Assembly: GCA_022508745.1 (NCBI GenBank)
Contig: JAFLUP010000002.1
Location: 1 to 63,734, forward strand
Direction of reading: 5' to 3'
From: Oscillospiraceae bacterium
Lineage (GTDB): Bacteria > Bacillota > Clostridia > Oscillospirales > CAG-382
DNA length: 63,734 nucleotides
Positions within the stretch are counted from its first letter, which is position 1; the number at the start of each line of letters is the position of its first letter. Made by a program: the position numbers and the translations under genes. Under the pieces are notes generated by a model that saw only the letters and a program-made list of their open reading frames with translations, was not told the origin of the DNA and did no database searches. Below are positions 56,169 to 63,734 of this stretch, piece by piece.

Positions 56169-57584
56169 ATGGAAAAAAGACCTGTGAAAATTACAGAAAC
56201 AGTCCTCCGTGACTCCCATCAATCGCTGATCGCGACCCGGATGACCCTGGAGGAAATGTTGCCGATCCTGGAGACCATGGATCAGATCGGCTACTACTCT
56301 CTGGAAGCATGGGGCGGCGCGACCTTCGATTCCTGCCTGCGCTTCCTCAACGAGGATCCGTGGCAGCGCCTGCGGGTGATCCGCGATAAAGTTAAGAACA
56401 CCAAGCTGCAAATGCTGTTCCGCGGGCAGAACATCCTCGGCTACCGTCATTACGCAGACGACGTGGTGGAGTACTTCGTGCAGAAGTCCATCGCCAACGG
56501 TATCGACATCCTGCGTATCTTCGACGCGCTGAACGATCCCCGCAACCTGCAGACCGCCATCAACGCCACCAAGAAGGAAGGCGGTCATGTGCAGGCGGCC
56601 ATCTCCTACACCACCGGTCCGGTCTTCACCAACGAATACTTTGCCAAATATGCCCAGACGCTGGAGGAAATGGGCGCGGACTCCATCTGTATCAAGGATA
56701 TGTCCGGTCTGCTCAAGCCCTACGACGCGTACGATCTGGTCAAAGCCATCAAGTCCATTGTCAAGATCCCGGTGCAGCTGCACACCCACTACACCGCGGG
56801 CATCGCTTCCATGACCCTGCTGAAGGCCATCGAAGCGGGCGTGGATATTGTGGATACCGCCATCTCCCCCATGGCGATGGGTACTTCCCAGCCGCCCACG
56901 GAGCCGCTGGTGGCTACGCTGCAGGATACTCCCTTCGACACGGGTCTGGATCTGAACAAGCTGGACGAAGTCAGCAAGCACTTCAATACCCTGCGCGAGA
57001 AGTATATTGCAAGCGGTCAGTTGGATCCGAAGGTGCTCAAGGTCAACGTCAACGCGCTGCTGTATCAGGTGCCGGGCGGCATGCTCTCCAACCTGATCTC
57101 CCAGCTCAAGCAGGCCGGGCAGAGCGACAAGCTGGATCAGGTGCTGGAGGAAGTGCCGCGCGTGCGTGCGGACGCCGGCTACCCGCCGCTGGTCACGCCG
57201 ACCTCCCAGATCGTCGGCACGCAGGCGGTGTTCAACGTCCTGACCGGCGAGCGGTATAAGTCCGTCACGAAGGAATTCAAGGGCATGGTGCGCGGCGACT
57301 ACGGTAAGACTCCGCTGCCCATCGACCCCGCCTTCGTCAAGAAGATCATCGGCGACGAGAAGCAGATCACCTGCCGTCCCGCCGATCAGCTCAAGCCGGA
57401 GCTGCAAACCCTGCGTGAGAAGCTGGGCGACAAGGCGCAGCAGGAGGAGGACGTCCTCTCCTACGCACTGTTCGAACAGGTGGCGCTGAAGTTCTTCGAG
57501 AAGCGCGACGTGGGTCTGAAGGTGCAGGCGGCGCTTGCGGATACAGAAGCGAAGTACCACGTGGATATTCACGAAGCGAAGTAA
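56169..57584 (+). CDS. oadA: Oxaloacetate decarboxylase alpha subunit / carboxyltransferase 5S type, without a biotinyl domain
   Basis: ITETVLRDSHQS and the HTHYTAG metal-site context. Ends after the PYC_OADA-like region. Confidence 0.9.
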   Translation: MEKRPVKITETVLRDSHQSLIATRMTLEEMLPILETMDQIGYYSLEAWGGATFDSCLRFLNEDPWQRLRVIRDKVKNTKLQMLFRGQNILGYRHYADDVVEYFVQKSIANGIDILRIFDALNDPRNLQTAINATKKEGGHVQAAISYTTGPVFTNEYFAKYAQTLEEMGADSICIKDMSGLLKPYDAYDLVKAIKSIVKIPVQLHTHYTAGIASMTLLKAIEAGVDIVDTAISPMAMGTSQPPTEPLVATLQDTPFDTGLDLNKLDEVSKHFNTLREKYIASGQLDPKVLKVNVNALLYQVPGGMLSNLISQLKQAGQSDKLDQVLEEVPRVRADAGYPPLVTPTSQIVGTQAVFNVLTGERYKSVTKEFKGMVRGDYGKTPLPIDPAFVKKIIGDEKQITCRPADQLKPELQTLREKLGDKAQQEEDVLSYALFEQVALKFFEKRDVGLKVQAALADTEAKYHVDIHEAK

Positions 57585-57658
57585 ATAAGCACGAAAAACG
57601 TGGTCAGGAAAGGCGGCATAGCTTCAACACAAACTTGAAGTGCGCATTGCCGCCTTCC

Positions 57659-57692
57659 AAAAAAGAGAGGCAAATCAGCCTCTCTTTTTTTC
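57659..57692. terminator. Bidirectional intrinsic terminator
   Basis: AGAGAGGC / GCCTCTCT stem flanked by A6 and T7. Confidence 0.85.
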
Positions 57693-57815
57693 GAAAACAG
57701 CTTGTTCGAATGACCGCGTTTTGACATATTGGGGTCTGGGGAATGTGTTCCCCAGTAGGGGTTGAGGGGACGAAGTTCCCCAGAGAAAATCCAAAACGGT
57801 AACACAAGACAATCT

Positions 57816-59000
57816 TCAGGCGCGGAGATCGTATCTCCACTGCATAGTTTGAAATCCCATATCCTGCGCGGTGAAATTCCCGTGTAAGCGGGCGTATTCC
57901 CCGTGCTGCAAATCGTCAAACGGCAGGATGCCCTTGTCGAGCAAGTCGTTGATCACAAAGGAAAAGAGAAGTCGGTAGAGTTCATCGGTCGCTTTTCCTT
58001 CGGTAAAGCGGATAACGCAGCAGTTGTTTAACCGAAATCCGCGTGCTTCGTCAATTCCGCAGCCGGCGGTGGCGACAAGCGTTTCATTTTGGAACATTCC
58101 GTACTCCAGAACTGATGGATCGCGATAATCATTCTCGCGCAGCAGGTGTTGGATATATCCGTCCTGTTTTCCGTGCGCCCATTCTTCAATGTATGTTTTA
58201 TCCGCATAGGAAAGCCGCCGGATGATCGTGTCTTTGGGGAGTTCGCATGGTAGTTTTTCGCCGAGATAGAAAGATTGCGGGATCGCCTTCGGTTCTTTTT
58301 GGACCCCGTTGCGTTCCAACTGTTCCGCAATCAGGGATGGCGTGTGGATGGAATAGAAGGTGCGCGTCTGTGGGAACCTTTGGAGCCATTGCGCAAGCAA
58401 AGGAAAGTCCTCCGTCACCAATTCAAGATAGCTGCCGCCGTTTTTATCGTCCCCGATACAGAGGAAACCGCGATCAATCTGTCCGTCCGGCGCGGCGACG
58501 GCAAGCCCCATGTATTTCATGGTGGTGCAGAGATATCCGTATTGCAGGGCGTTTCTCTTGAGCAATGTGTCGATTACTGTGTCACGTTCCAATAGCCGGA
58601 AGTCGGGGTTTTCATGCAGAAACCGCGCCGCGATAGAGGAATCCGTCCATTCTCCCCAATAGGGGACTTGATTTTTCTTTTGCGCACGGTATTCCCGCGG
58701 ATTGACACCGTAATATTTTTTGAACGCCTTCGAAAAGCCTTCGTGTGATTCAAAGCCGACGGTAAGCGCAATGTCCAGAATGGACTGTTCGGTCGTGCGC
58801 AAAAGTTTAGCAGCCTGCTGCGTGCGGATATAGTTGATATATGCCATCACGGTAAATCCGGTGTGCAGCAGAAACAGACGGTTGAAATAATCGGTAGAGA
58901 ATCCGGCATGAACGGAGACTTCTTGGATGGTTAATTCGGGTGTGGTCGCGTGCGTGCGAACATATTCCGTCGCTTTGGAAATAAGTTGTTTGTTTTCCAT
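57816..59000 (-). CDS. AraC family transcriptional regulator with large C-terminal domain
   Basis: N-terminal double HTH (…FSTDYFNRLF…, …GFESHEGFSKAFKKYYGVNP…), then ~280 aa unassigned. Confidence 0.85.
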   Translation of the reverse strand: MENKQLISKATEYVRTHATTPELTIQEVSVHAGFSTDYFNRLFLLHTGFTVMAYINYIRTQQAAKLLRTTEQSILDIALTVGFESHEGFSKAFKKYYGVNPREYRAQKKNQVPYWGEWTDSSIAARFLHENPDFRLLERDTVIDTLLKRNALQYGYLCTTMKYMGLAVAAPDGQIDRGFLCIGDDKNGGSYLELVTEDFPLLAQWLQRFPQTRTFYSIHTPSLIAEQLERNGVQKEPKAIPQSFYLGEKLPCELPKDTIIRRLSYADKTYIEEWAHGKQDGYIQHLLRENDYRDPSVLEYGMFQNETLVATAGCGIDEARGFRLNNCCVIRFTEGKATDELYRLLFSFVINDLLDKGILPFDDLQHGEYARLHGNFTAQDMGFQTMQWRYDLRA

Positions 59001-59197
59001 AAAAGCACCTCTTTTTGTTGTTGTTGTGCGTTCGGTACCGATTCACTAAGCATAGTATACCGCTACATTTGCAGAAAATCTTGAACAAAAACGGCTTTTG
59101 CCATGATTCGCGTTGTATTTCGTAAAATCCCTCGGTACTTTTCGGACGGAAATGTGCATATTGTTAAAGGAAACCATCTGGAAAAGGGGCATTTCTG

Positions 59198-59776
59198 TTG
59201 GATCTTCTCTCCCTGTTGCTGATCGCCGTGGGGCTTTCCATGGACGCCTTTGCCGCCGCTCTATGCAAGGGGCTTTCCCTGCGGGAGCTGAAAGCGCGGC
59301 AGGCGCTTGCCGTGGGCGGGTATTTCGGCGTTTTTCAGGCGGGTATGCCCCTCATTGGGTATCTATTGGCACGGTTTTTCCGGCAGTGGGTGGAAAGGGT
59401 GGACCATTGGCTGGCGTTTGCGCTGCTGCTGTTGATCGGGTGCAGCATGATCGCAGAGAGCCGTTTACAGCAGGAAGAAGAGCAGAGCGGTCGGGAAGGA
59501 GTTTCTCCCCGCGTGATGCTTCCGCTGGCGTTTGCCACCAGCGTGGACGCGCTGGCGGTGGGGGTGGCGTTCGCCCTCAGCGGCACGTATCGGAACATTT
59601 TCCTCACCGTAGCGATCATCGGATGTATCACTTTCGCGCTGTCCGTTCTGGGCGTGCGGGCTGGTCGGTTTCTGGGGAGCCGCTTCCGTTCGCGGGCGGA
59701 ACTGTTGGGCGGTCTGCTGTTGATTTTGATGGGCGCACGCATTTTACTTTCGGATCTCGGGGTTTTTCCTGTGTAA
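59198..59776 (+). CDS. mntP: Manganese efflux pump MntP
   Basis: TTG start. Duplicated GLSMDAFA / ATSVDALAVG motifs. 6 TM helices. Confidence 0.9.
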   Translation: MDLLSLLLIAVGLSMDAFAAALCKGLSLRELKARQALAVGGYFGVFQAGMPLIGYLLARFFRQWVERVDHWLAFALLLLIGCSMIAESRLQQEEEQSGREGVSPRVMLPLAFATSVDALAVGVAFALSGTYRNIFLTVAIIGCITFALSVLGVRAGRFLGSRFRSRAELLGGLLLILMGARILLSDLGVFPV

Positions 59777-59843
59777 TACACCTCGAATTCGACCAGATTC
59801 GACGCGGCATTATAAACAAATTGTAAACTTCCTGCATTTTCAC

Positions 59844-59872
59844 TTGCAAAATCTATGGGAATATGGTATTAT
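59844..59872 (+). promoter_or_regulatory. Sigma-A-type promoter of citrate synthase
   Basis: TTGCAA (59844-59849), 17 bp spacer, TGgTATTAT (-10 at 59867-59872). Confidence 0.7.
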
Positions 59873-59926
59873 GTAAACGAAAAGATTCTATTTACGTTTA
59901 CGGCGAAAAAACGGAACAGTGCATCT

Positions 59927-59971
59927 GCCCTCGACCGGTTTACAGTCGCAGGGCTTTTTTGTTCTTTTTTT
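59927..59971 (+). terminator. Terminator-like hairpin inside the citrate synthase 5' leader (candidate attenuator)
   Basis: GCCCTCGAC / GTCG(C)AGGGC gives 9 bp with one bulge. It is followed by TTTTTTGTTCTTTTTTT and lies 35 nt before the ATG. Confidence 0.6.
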
Positions 59972-60005
59972 GCGTATCATCAAAAGGGAAAGGACCGATC
60001 AACAG

Positions 60006-61391
60006 ATGGCAAAACGAACCGATTTCGAGCTTACCACCGCCCATGAGAATTGGGCAGCGCTTTGCGAACGGGAAGGCGTGATCGAAAAAGAACTGTATAC
60101 CGCCTTTCAGGTCAACCGGGGGCTTCGGGACCTGAACGGCAACGGCGTGCTGACCGGGCTGACGGAAATCTCCGAGATCGTCGCCAAAACCCCGGACGGA
60201 AAGCCCTGCGACGGGCAGTTGTTCTACCGCGGCTACGCCATCGACGATCTGATCCGCGGCTTTGTGCGGGAGAACCGCTTCGGTTTTGAGGAGATCGTCT
60301 ATCTGCTCCTGTTCGGGGAACTGCCGGACGGGGAGCAGCTTGCGTTGTTCAAGCGGGCGTTGGCAAGCTACCTGCCGCTGCCCGGTTCCTTCGTGCGGGA
60401 CGTGATCATGAAAGCCCCCAGCACGGACCTGATGAACTCCATCTCCCGTTCGGTGCTGACCCTGTACGCTTACGACAAAACCCCCAACGACACCTCCATC
60501 CCCAACGTCCTGCGGCAGTGCTTGCAGCTCATCGCGCAGTTTCCGCAGCTGGCGCTGTACGGATACCAGTCCTACGCTTACTACCACGGGGGGAACAGCA
60601 GCTTCTTCATTCACGACCCGCGACCGGAGCTTTCCATGGCGGAAAACATCCTGCATATGCTCCGCATCGACGGGAAGTACAGCCCGCTGGAGGCGCAAAT
60701 TCTGGATTTGGCGCTGGTCATCCACGCGGAGCATGGGGGCGGCAACAACTCCTCCTTCACCACCCATGTGGTGACTTCCTCCGGGACGGATACCTACTCT
60801 GCGATCTCCGCAGCCCTCGGTTCTTTGAAAGGACCGAAGCACGGCGGCGCAAACGTGGCGGTCTGCCATATGTTCGAGGACATGAAGGCTTCCATCGGCG
60901 ATTGGGAGGATGAGGACGAGGTCAAGGCATACCTGCAAAAGCTGCTGCGCAAGGAGGCGTTTGACCGCTCCGGGTTGATCTATGGGATCGGGCATGCGAT
61001 TTATTCCAAATCCGACCCGCGGGCGCGGATCTTCAAGCAGTTTGTGGAAAAACTCGCCATCGAGAAGGGCGTGGAGGATCAGTATCGCCTGTATGCGGCG
61101 GTGGAGAGGTTGGCACCGGAGATCATCGCGGCGGAGCGGCAGATGTTCAAGGGCGTCAGCGCCAACGTGGATTTCTTCAGCGGGTTTGTCTACCAGATGC
61201 TGGGCATCCCGGAGGAGCTGTTCACGCCGATCTTCGCCATTGCCCGGGTGGCTGGCTGGAGCGCCCACCGGCTGGAAGAACTCATCAACGGCAACAAGAT
61301 CATCCGTCCGGCGTACAAAGCGGTATTGCCGCGTCGCGCCTACGTTTCCATGGCAGAGCGGGAGGAAAGTGCAGTCGGCACGGCGGAGTGA
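60006..61391 (+). CDS. Citrate synthase
   Basis: Start MAKRTDFELT after AAAGGGAAAGGA. GPKHGGAN and GHAIYSKSDPRA motifs. Confidence 0.93.
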   Translation: MAKRTDFELTTAHENWAALCEREGVIEKELYTAFQVNRGLRDLNGNGVLTGLTEISEIVAKTPDGKPCDGQLFYRGYAIDDLIRGFVRENRFGFEEIVYLLLFGELPDGEQLALFKRALASYLPLPGSFVRDVIMKAPSTDLMNSISRSVLTLYAYDKTPNDTSIPNVLRQCLQLIAQFPQLALYGYQSYAYYHGGNSSFFIHDPRPELSMAENILHMLRIDGKYSPLEAQILDLALVIHAEHGGGNNSSFTTHVVTSSGTDTYSAISAALGSLKGPKHGGANVAVCHMFEDMKASIGDWEDEDEVKAYLQKLLRKEAFDRSGLIYGIGHAIYSKSDPRARIFKQFVEKLAIEKGVEDQYRLYAAVERLAPEIIAAERQMFKGVSANVDFFSGFVYQMLGIPEELFTPIFAIARVAGWSAHRLEELINGNKIIRPAYKAVLPRRAYVSMAEREESAVGTAE

Positions 61392-61493
61392 GGGCTCGTT
61401 ATGGCAAAAGTCAAGCCGATGGTTTCGGAAAGACCGACAAAATGAAAAGAATTCCCTTGCTTTTGCTCTTATGAGCCGAAGCAAGGGAACTTT

Positions 61494-62906
61494 TTATGTT
61501 TTTGCCCGCTTGATTTGTTGATACAGGAGAGCGCCCTTGACCAGACCGCCGGCAAAGAGCAGCGTTGACGAAAGGACCACCGTGATAAAGACGTCGGGGA
61601 CAAAGTTCCGCGCCACCCACAGCGGCGTTGCAAAGAAAAGCGGGACAAACAGCAGCAGGAAAACCGGCAAAACCACATGGAAGGACAGGAGACGAAGTAT
61701 CACCCAAAGTCGTTTGCTGCGCTCTGTATTTTTTCTGTATTTCGGGAGCAGGCAGAGGGGTAAAATTGCCGCGATCCATACGGCGAACAGGAGCAGGTCG
61801 ATCCAAAGGTGGTTCCAGAGATATGCGGTAGCCGTGATCTCATTCGGAGGACTTCCTAACAGCATGAGAATCACGCCCCATCCCAAACTATCCATCATAT
61901 CGTTTGTGACAAAATAATCGTTCACATTCGCCGCGATGGCGACCGCAAGATTGCTTTCGGGAAGGATATAAACACAGGAAGTGCCGGTTTCCACCAAACC
62001 GGCGTGACGCAAGACGGGCTCGGAAAGCGGCTCGTTGATTTCCGTCCAGCCGTATCCGTACCGGTAAGGGACGTCGCCGTCCACATAGACCGTATCTCCG
62101 TAAAACATGGTATCGATGCTTTGCTTGGATAGAATGTCGTTCCCGCCGTTGAGATACATCTGCAAATAGGTCCCCAAATCGTTGGTGGAAGCGGAAAGGT
62201 ATCCTGCCGGCACCGTTATCCAGGCGTTTTTGGAGGAGGGATACGAATGACGCTTTTTAACGTGGATGCCCCAATAATTGATATATCCGTCGATCAATCC
62301 GTTTTTCAGACTTTTGTCAAGCGTTGCGGCGGTATGGGAAAGTTGCAGCGGCTCCAATACGTTTTCGGTGAGGTACGCATCGTAGGAACTGCCGCTGACG
62401 GTCTCAATGATTTCTCCGAGCAGGGAATAATTCACGTTGGCATAGTGATGCGTCCCTTGCTCGTTTACGATTCTGTAATTTGCAAGCGTTTGATGCTCGC
62501 CCAATCCGCTTGTATGATTGAGCAGTTGCCTTACCGTGATCCGATCGCCATCGGTCGTGTGGGGCAGGTAAGCGGATATGGGGGCGTTCAGCTCTATTTT
62601 TCCCTTCTCGACCAGCTGCATGATGCAAACCGCCGTAAACGATTTACTGACCGATCCGAGCAGAAAGGGCGTGTCACTGTTTTCGCAATCCCCGTAGCTT
62701 TGAGAGAACAGCAGAGTATCCTGATCCACAATGGTGACAGACAGGGAAGGGATATGCGCATCCTCCACGCAGGAACGCAAGTAGGCGTCTATTTCGCTGT
62801 AAAGCTCTGTTTCCGCTAACGGCGTAGTTTGGGCGGAAACGGGGATCGTATGCAAGCAACAGATAGCGGATAAAAGCGCGAAGCATACAAATACTTTTTT
62901 GAACAT
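61494..62906 (-). CDS. Serine hydrolase (beta-lactamase/class C-like) fused to a C-terminal polytopic membrane domain
   Basis: Signal peptide. SVSK (SxxK), YAN and HAG motifs are intact. About four C-terminal TM helices. Confidence 0.85.
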   Translation of the reverse strand: MFKKVFVCFALLSAICCLHTIPVSAQTTPLAETELYSEIDAYLRSCVEDAHIPSLSVTIVDQDTLLFSQSYGDCENSDTPFLLGSVSKSFTAVCIMQLVEKGKIELNAPISAYLPHTTDGDRITVRQLLNHTSGLGEHQTLANYRIVNEQGTHHYANVNYSLLGEIIETVSGSSYDAYLTENVLEPLQLSHTAATLDKSLKNGLIDGYINYWGIHVKKRHSYPSSKNAWITVPAGYLSASTNDLGTYLQMYLNGGNDILSKQSIDTMFYGDTVYVDGDVPYRYGYGWTEINEPLSEPVLRHAGLVETGTSCVYILPESNLAVAIAANVNDYFVTNDMMDSLGWGVILMLLGSPPNEITATAYLWNHLWIDLLLFAVWIAAILPLCLLPKYRKNTERSKRLWVILRLLSFHVVLPVFLLLFVPLFFATPLWVARNFVPDVFITVVLSSTLLFAGGLVKGALLYQQIKRAKT

Positions 62907-62933
62907 CGTTTATCTCCCGTTGCGATTGGCGTT

Positions 62934-63734
62934 TTAAGCGCCTTCCTGTTTCAGAAATCGCTTGTAGGTGATCTCCATGCCGAACGCGCCGAGGGGTGCG
63001 GTGAGGAGAATGGACAACACCGCCACGGAAAGCACCAGTTTTCCGCAGGGCAACCCGAGGGAAAGGGGGACGGAGCCGATGGCGGCCTGCACGGTGGCCT
63101 TCGGCAGGTAGGCGATCACGCAGAAGATACGCTCCTTGCCGTTCAAAGGGGTGCCGAGCAGGCAGAGCCATACGCCGACCGAGCGGAAAACGAGGGCGAG
63201 GAAAATCAATCCGATGGCGGCAAGTCCGGCGCCGAGGGTATAGCGAATATCCACTGCCGCTCCCACAAGGACAAACAGAAGGACTTCGGCGGCGATCCAC
63301 AGCTTGCCGAACTTTTCCGAAAGGCGCCCCGAAACAGCCGTCGTGCTTTTCATTTGCAGCACGCACGCCATGCTCATGACCGCCAGAAGCCCGGAGACGG
63401 ACACGATCCCCTCCAGCCAGCCCTCGATCGCGATCAGCAAAAAGGAGAAACCGAGCACAATGATCACCTTCATGCTGTTGCGGATCAGGTGTTTATGCGC
63501 GTAAGCGGTTTCGAAGAAGATGCCCAGCAGCCAGCCGAGTGCGGCGCCCAAAACGACGCCGGACACGATGGAGATCGGGATGTTCGCAAAGTCCATCGCG
63601 GAAGCGGAGCCGCCCTGCGCCATTCCCACGAAGGTGGAAAACAGCACGATGACGAACACGTCGTCGAGGGAAGCTGCCGCGAGGATCATCTGCGGGATGC
63701 TTTTCTCTGTGCCGTAACGGTTTTCCATCAGGCT
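62934..63734 (-). CDS. Cation:proton antiporter, C-terminal part (5' end outside window)
   Basis: Frame open to the window edge. Continuous hydrophobic helices typical of the Na+/H+ exchanger family. Confidence 0.8.
   Translation of the reverse strand, partial: SLMENRYGTEKSIPQMILAAASLDDVFVIVLFSTFVGMAQGGSASAMDFANIPISIVSGVVLGAALGWLLGIFFETAYAHKHLIRNSMKVIIVLGFSFLLIAIEGWLEGIVSVSGLLAVMSMACVLQMKSTTAVSGRLSEKFGKLWIAAEVLLFVLVGAAVDIRYTLGAGLAAIGLIFLALVFRSVGVWLCLLGTPLNGKERIFCVIAYLPKATVQAAIGSVPLSLGLPCGKLVLSVAVLSILLTAPLGAFGMEITYKRFLKQEGA

Noticed and set aside
59089-59197. Expected yybP-ykoY manganese riboswitch upstream of mntP.
   Set aside because: I could not find the conserved GGGGAGUAG-type core or the four-helix arrangement in the ~110 nt upstream. 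Only a covariance-model scan could settle it, so no call is made.

Overview
High-GC Firmicutes/Clostridia-type chromosomal segment. Spore-former hallmarks are present: ytfI-ytfJ-like genes, scpAB, and Prp-processed L27. I support about 62 densely packed protein genes. I saw no rRNA, tRNA, CRISPR array, transposase, integrase or recognisable defence genes. Most of the window is housekeeping. This includes ilvD (partial), rplU-prp-rpmA-obg, prfA, scpA/scpB, gpmI, nusB-xseA, hslO, ribF, secG, rnj, murF-ddl, trmB, murE-dapF, a split Na+-translocating oxaloacetate decarboxylase operon, mntP and citrate synthase. Many promoters are near-consensus sigma-A type (TTGACA, 17 bp, TATAAT-like, often with an extended TG), and several clean intrinsic terminators are visible. 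There are three accessory-looking patches. (1) 22.6-26.5 kb holds an oxidoreductase, a surface protein with a 15x DPSE repeat, and a ceramidase-like protein. (2) 30.0-32.9 kb holds a large anchored surface protein, a deletion scar of a dockerin-bearing paralogue, and a lipoprotein. (3) 35.0-37.9 kb is a visibly AT-richer island with dockerin-tagged proteins of non-cellulolytic or unknown cargo plus a decayed dockerin relic. The most interesting items are listed below.
- The dockerin island and its relics.
- A MurF whose N-terminal domain is replaced by about five transmembrane helices.
- A PBP5/DacF-like protein with all three catalytic motifs substituted (a likely pseudoenzyme).
- RNase J with a basic extension of about 120 aa.
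- An identical 14-nt module in three unrelated promoters.
- A terminator-type attenuator in the citrate synthase leader.
- An AT-rich multi-palindrome operator-like array upstream of a small HPr-like gene.
All functional calls rest on motif recognition by eye. No database search was run.
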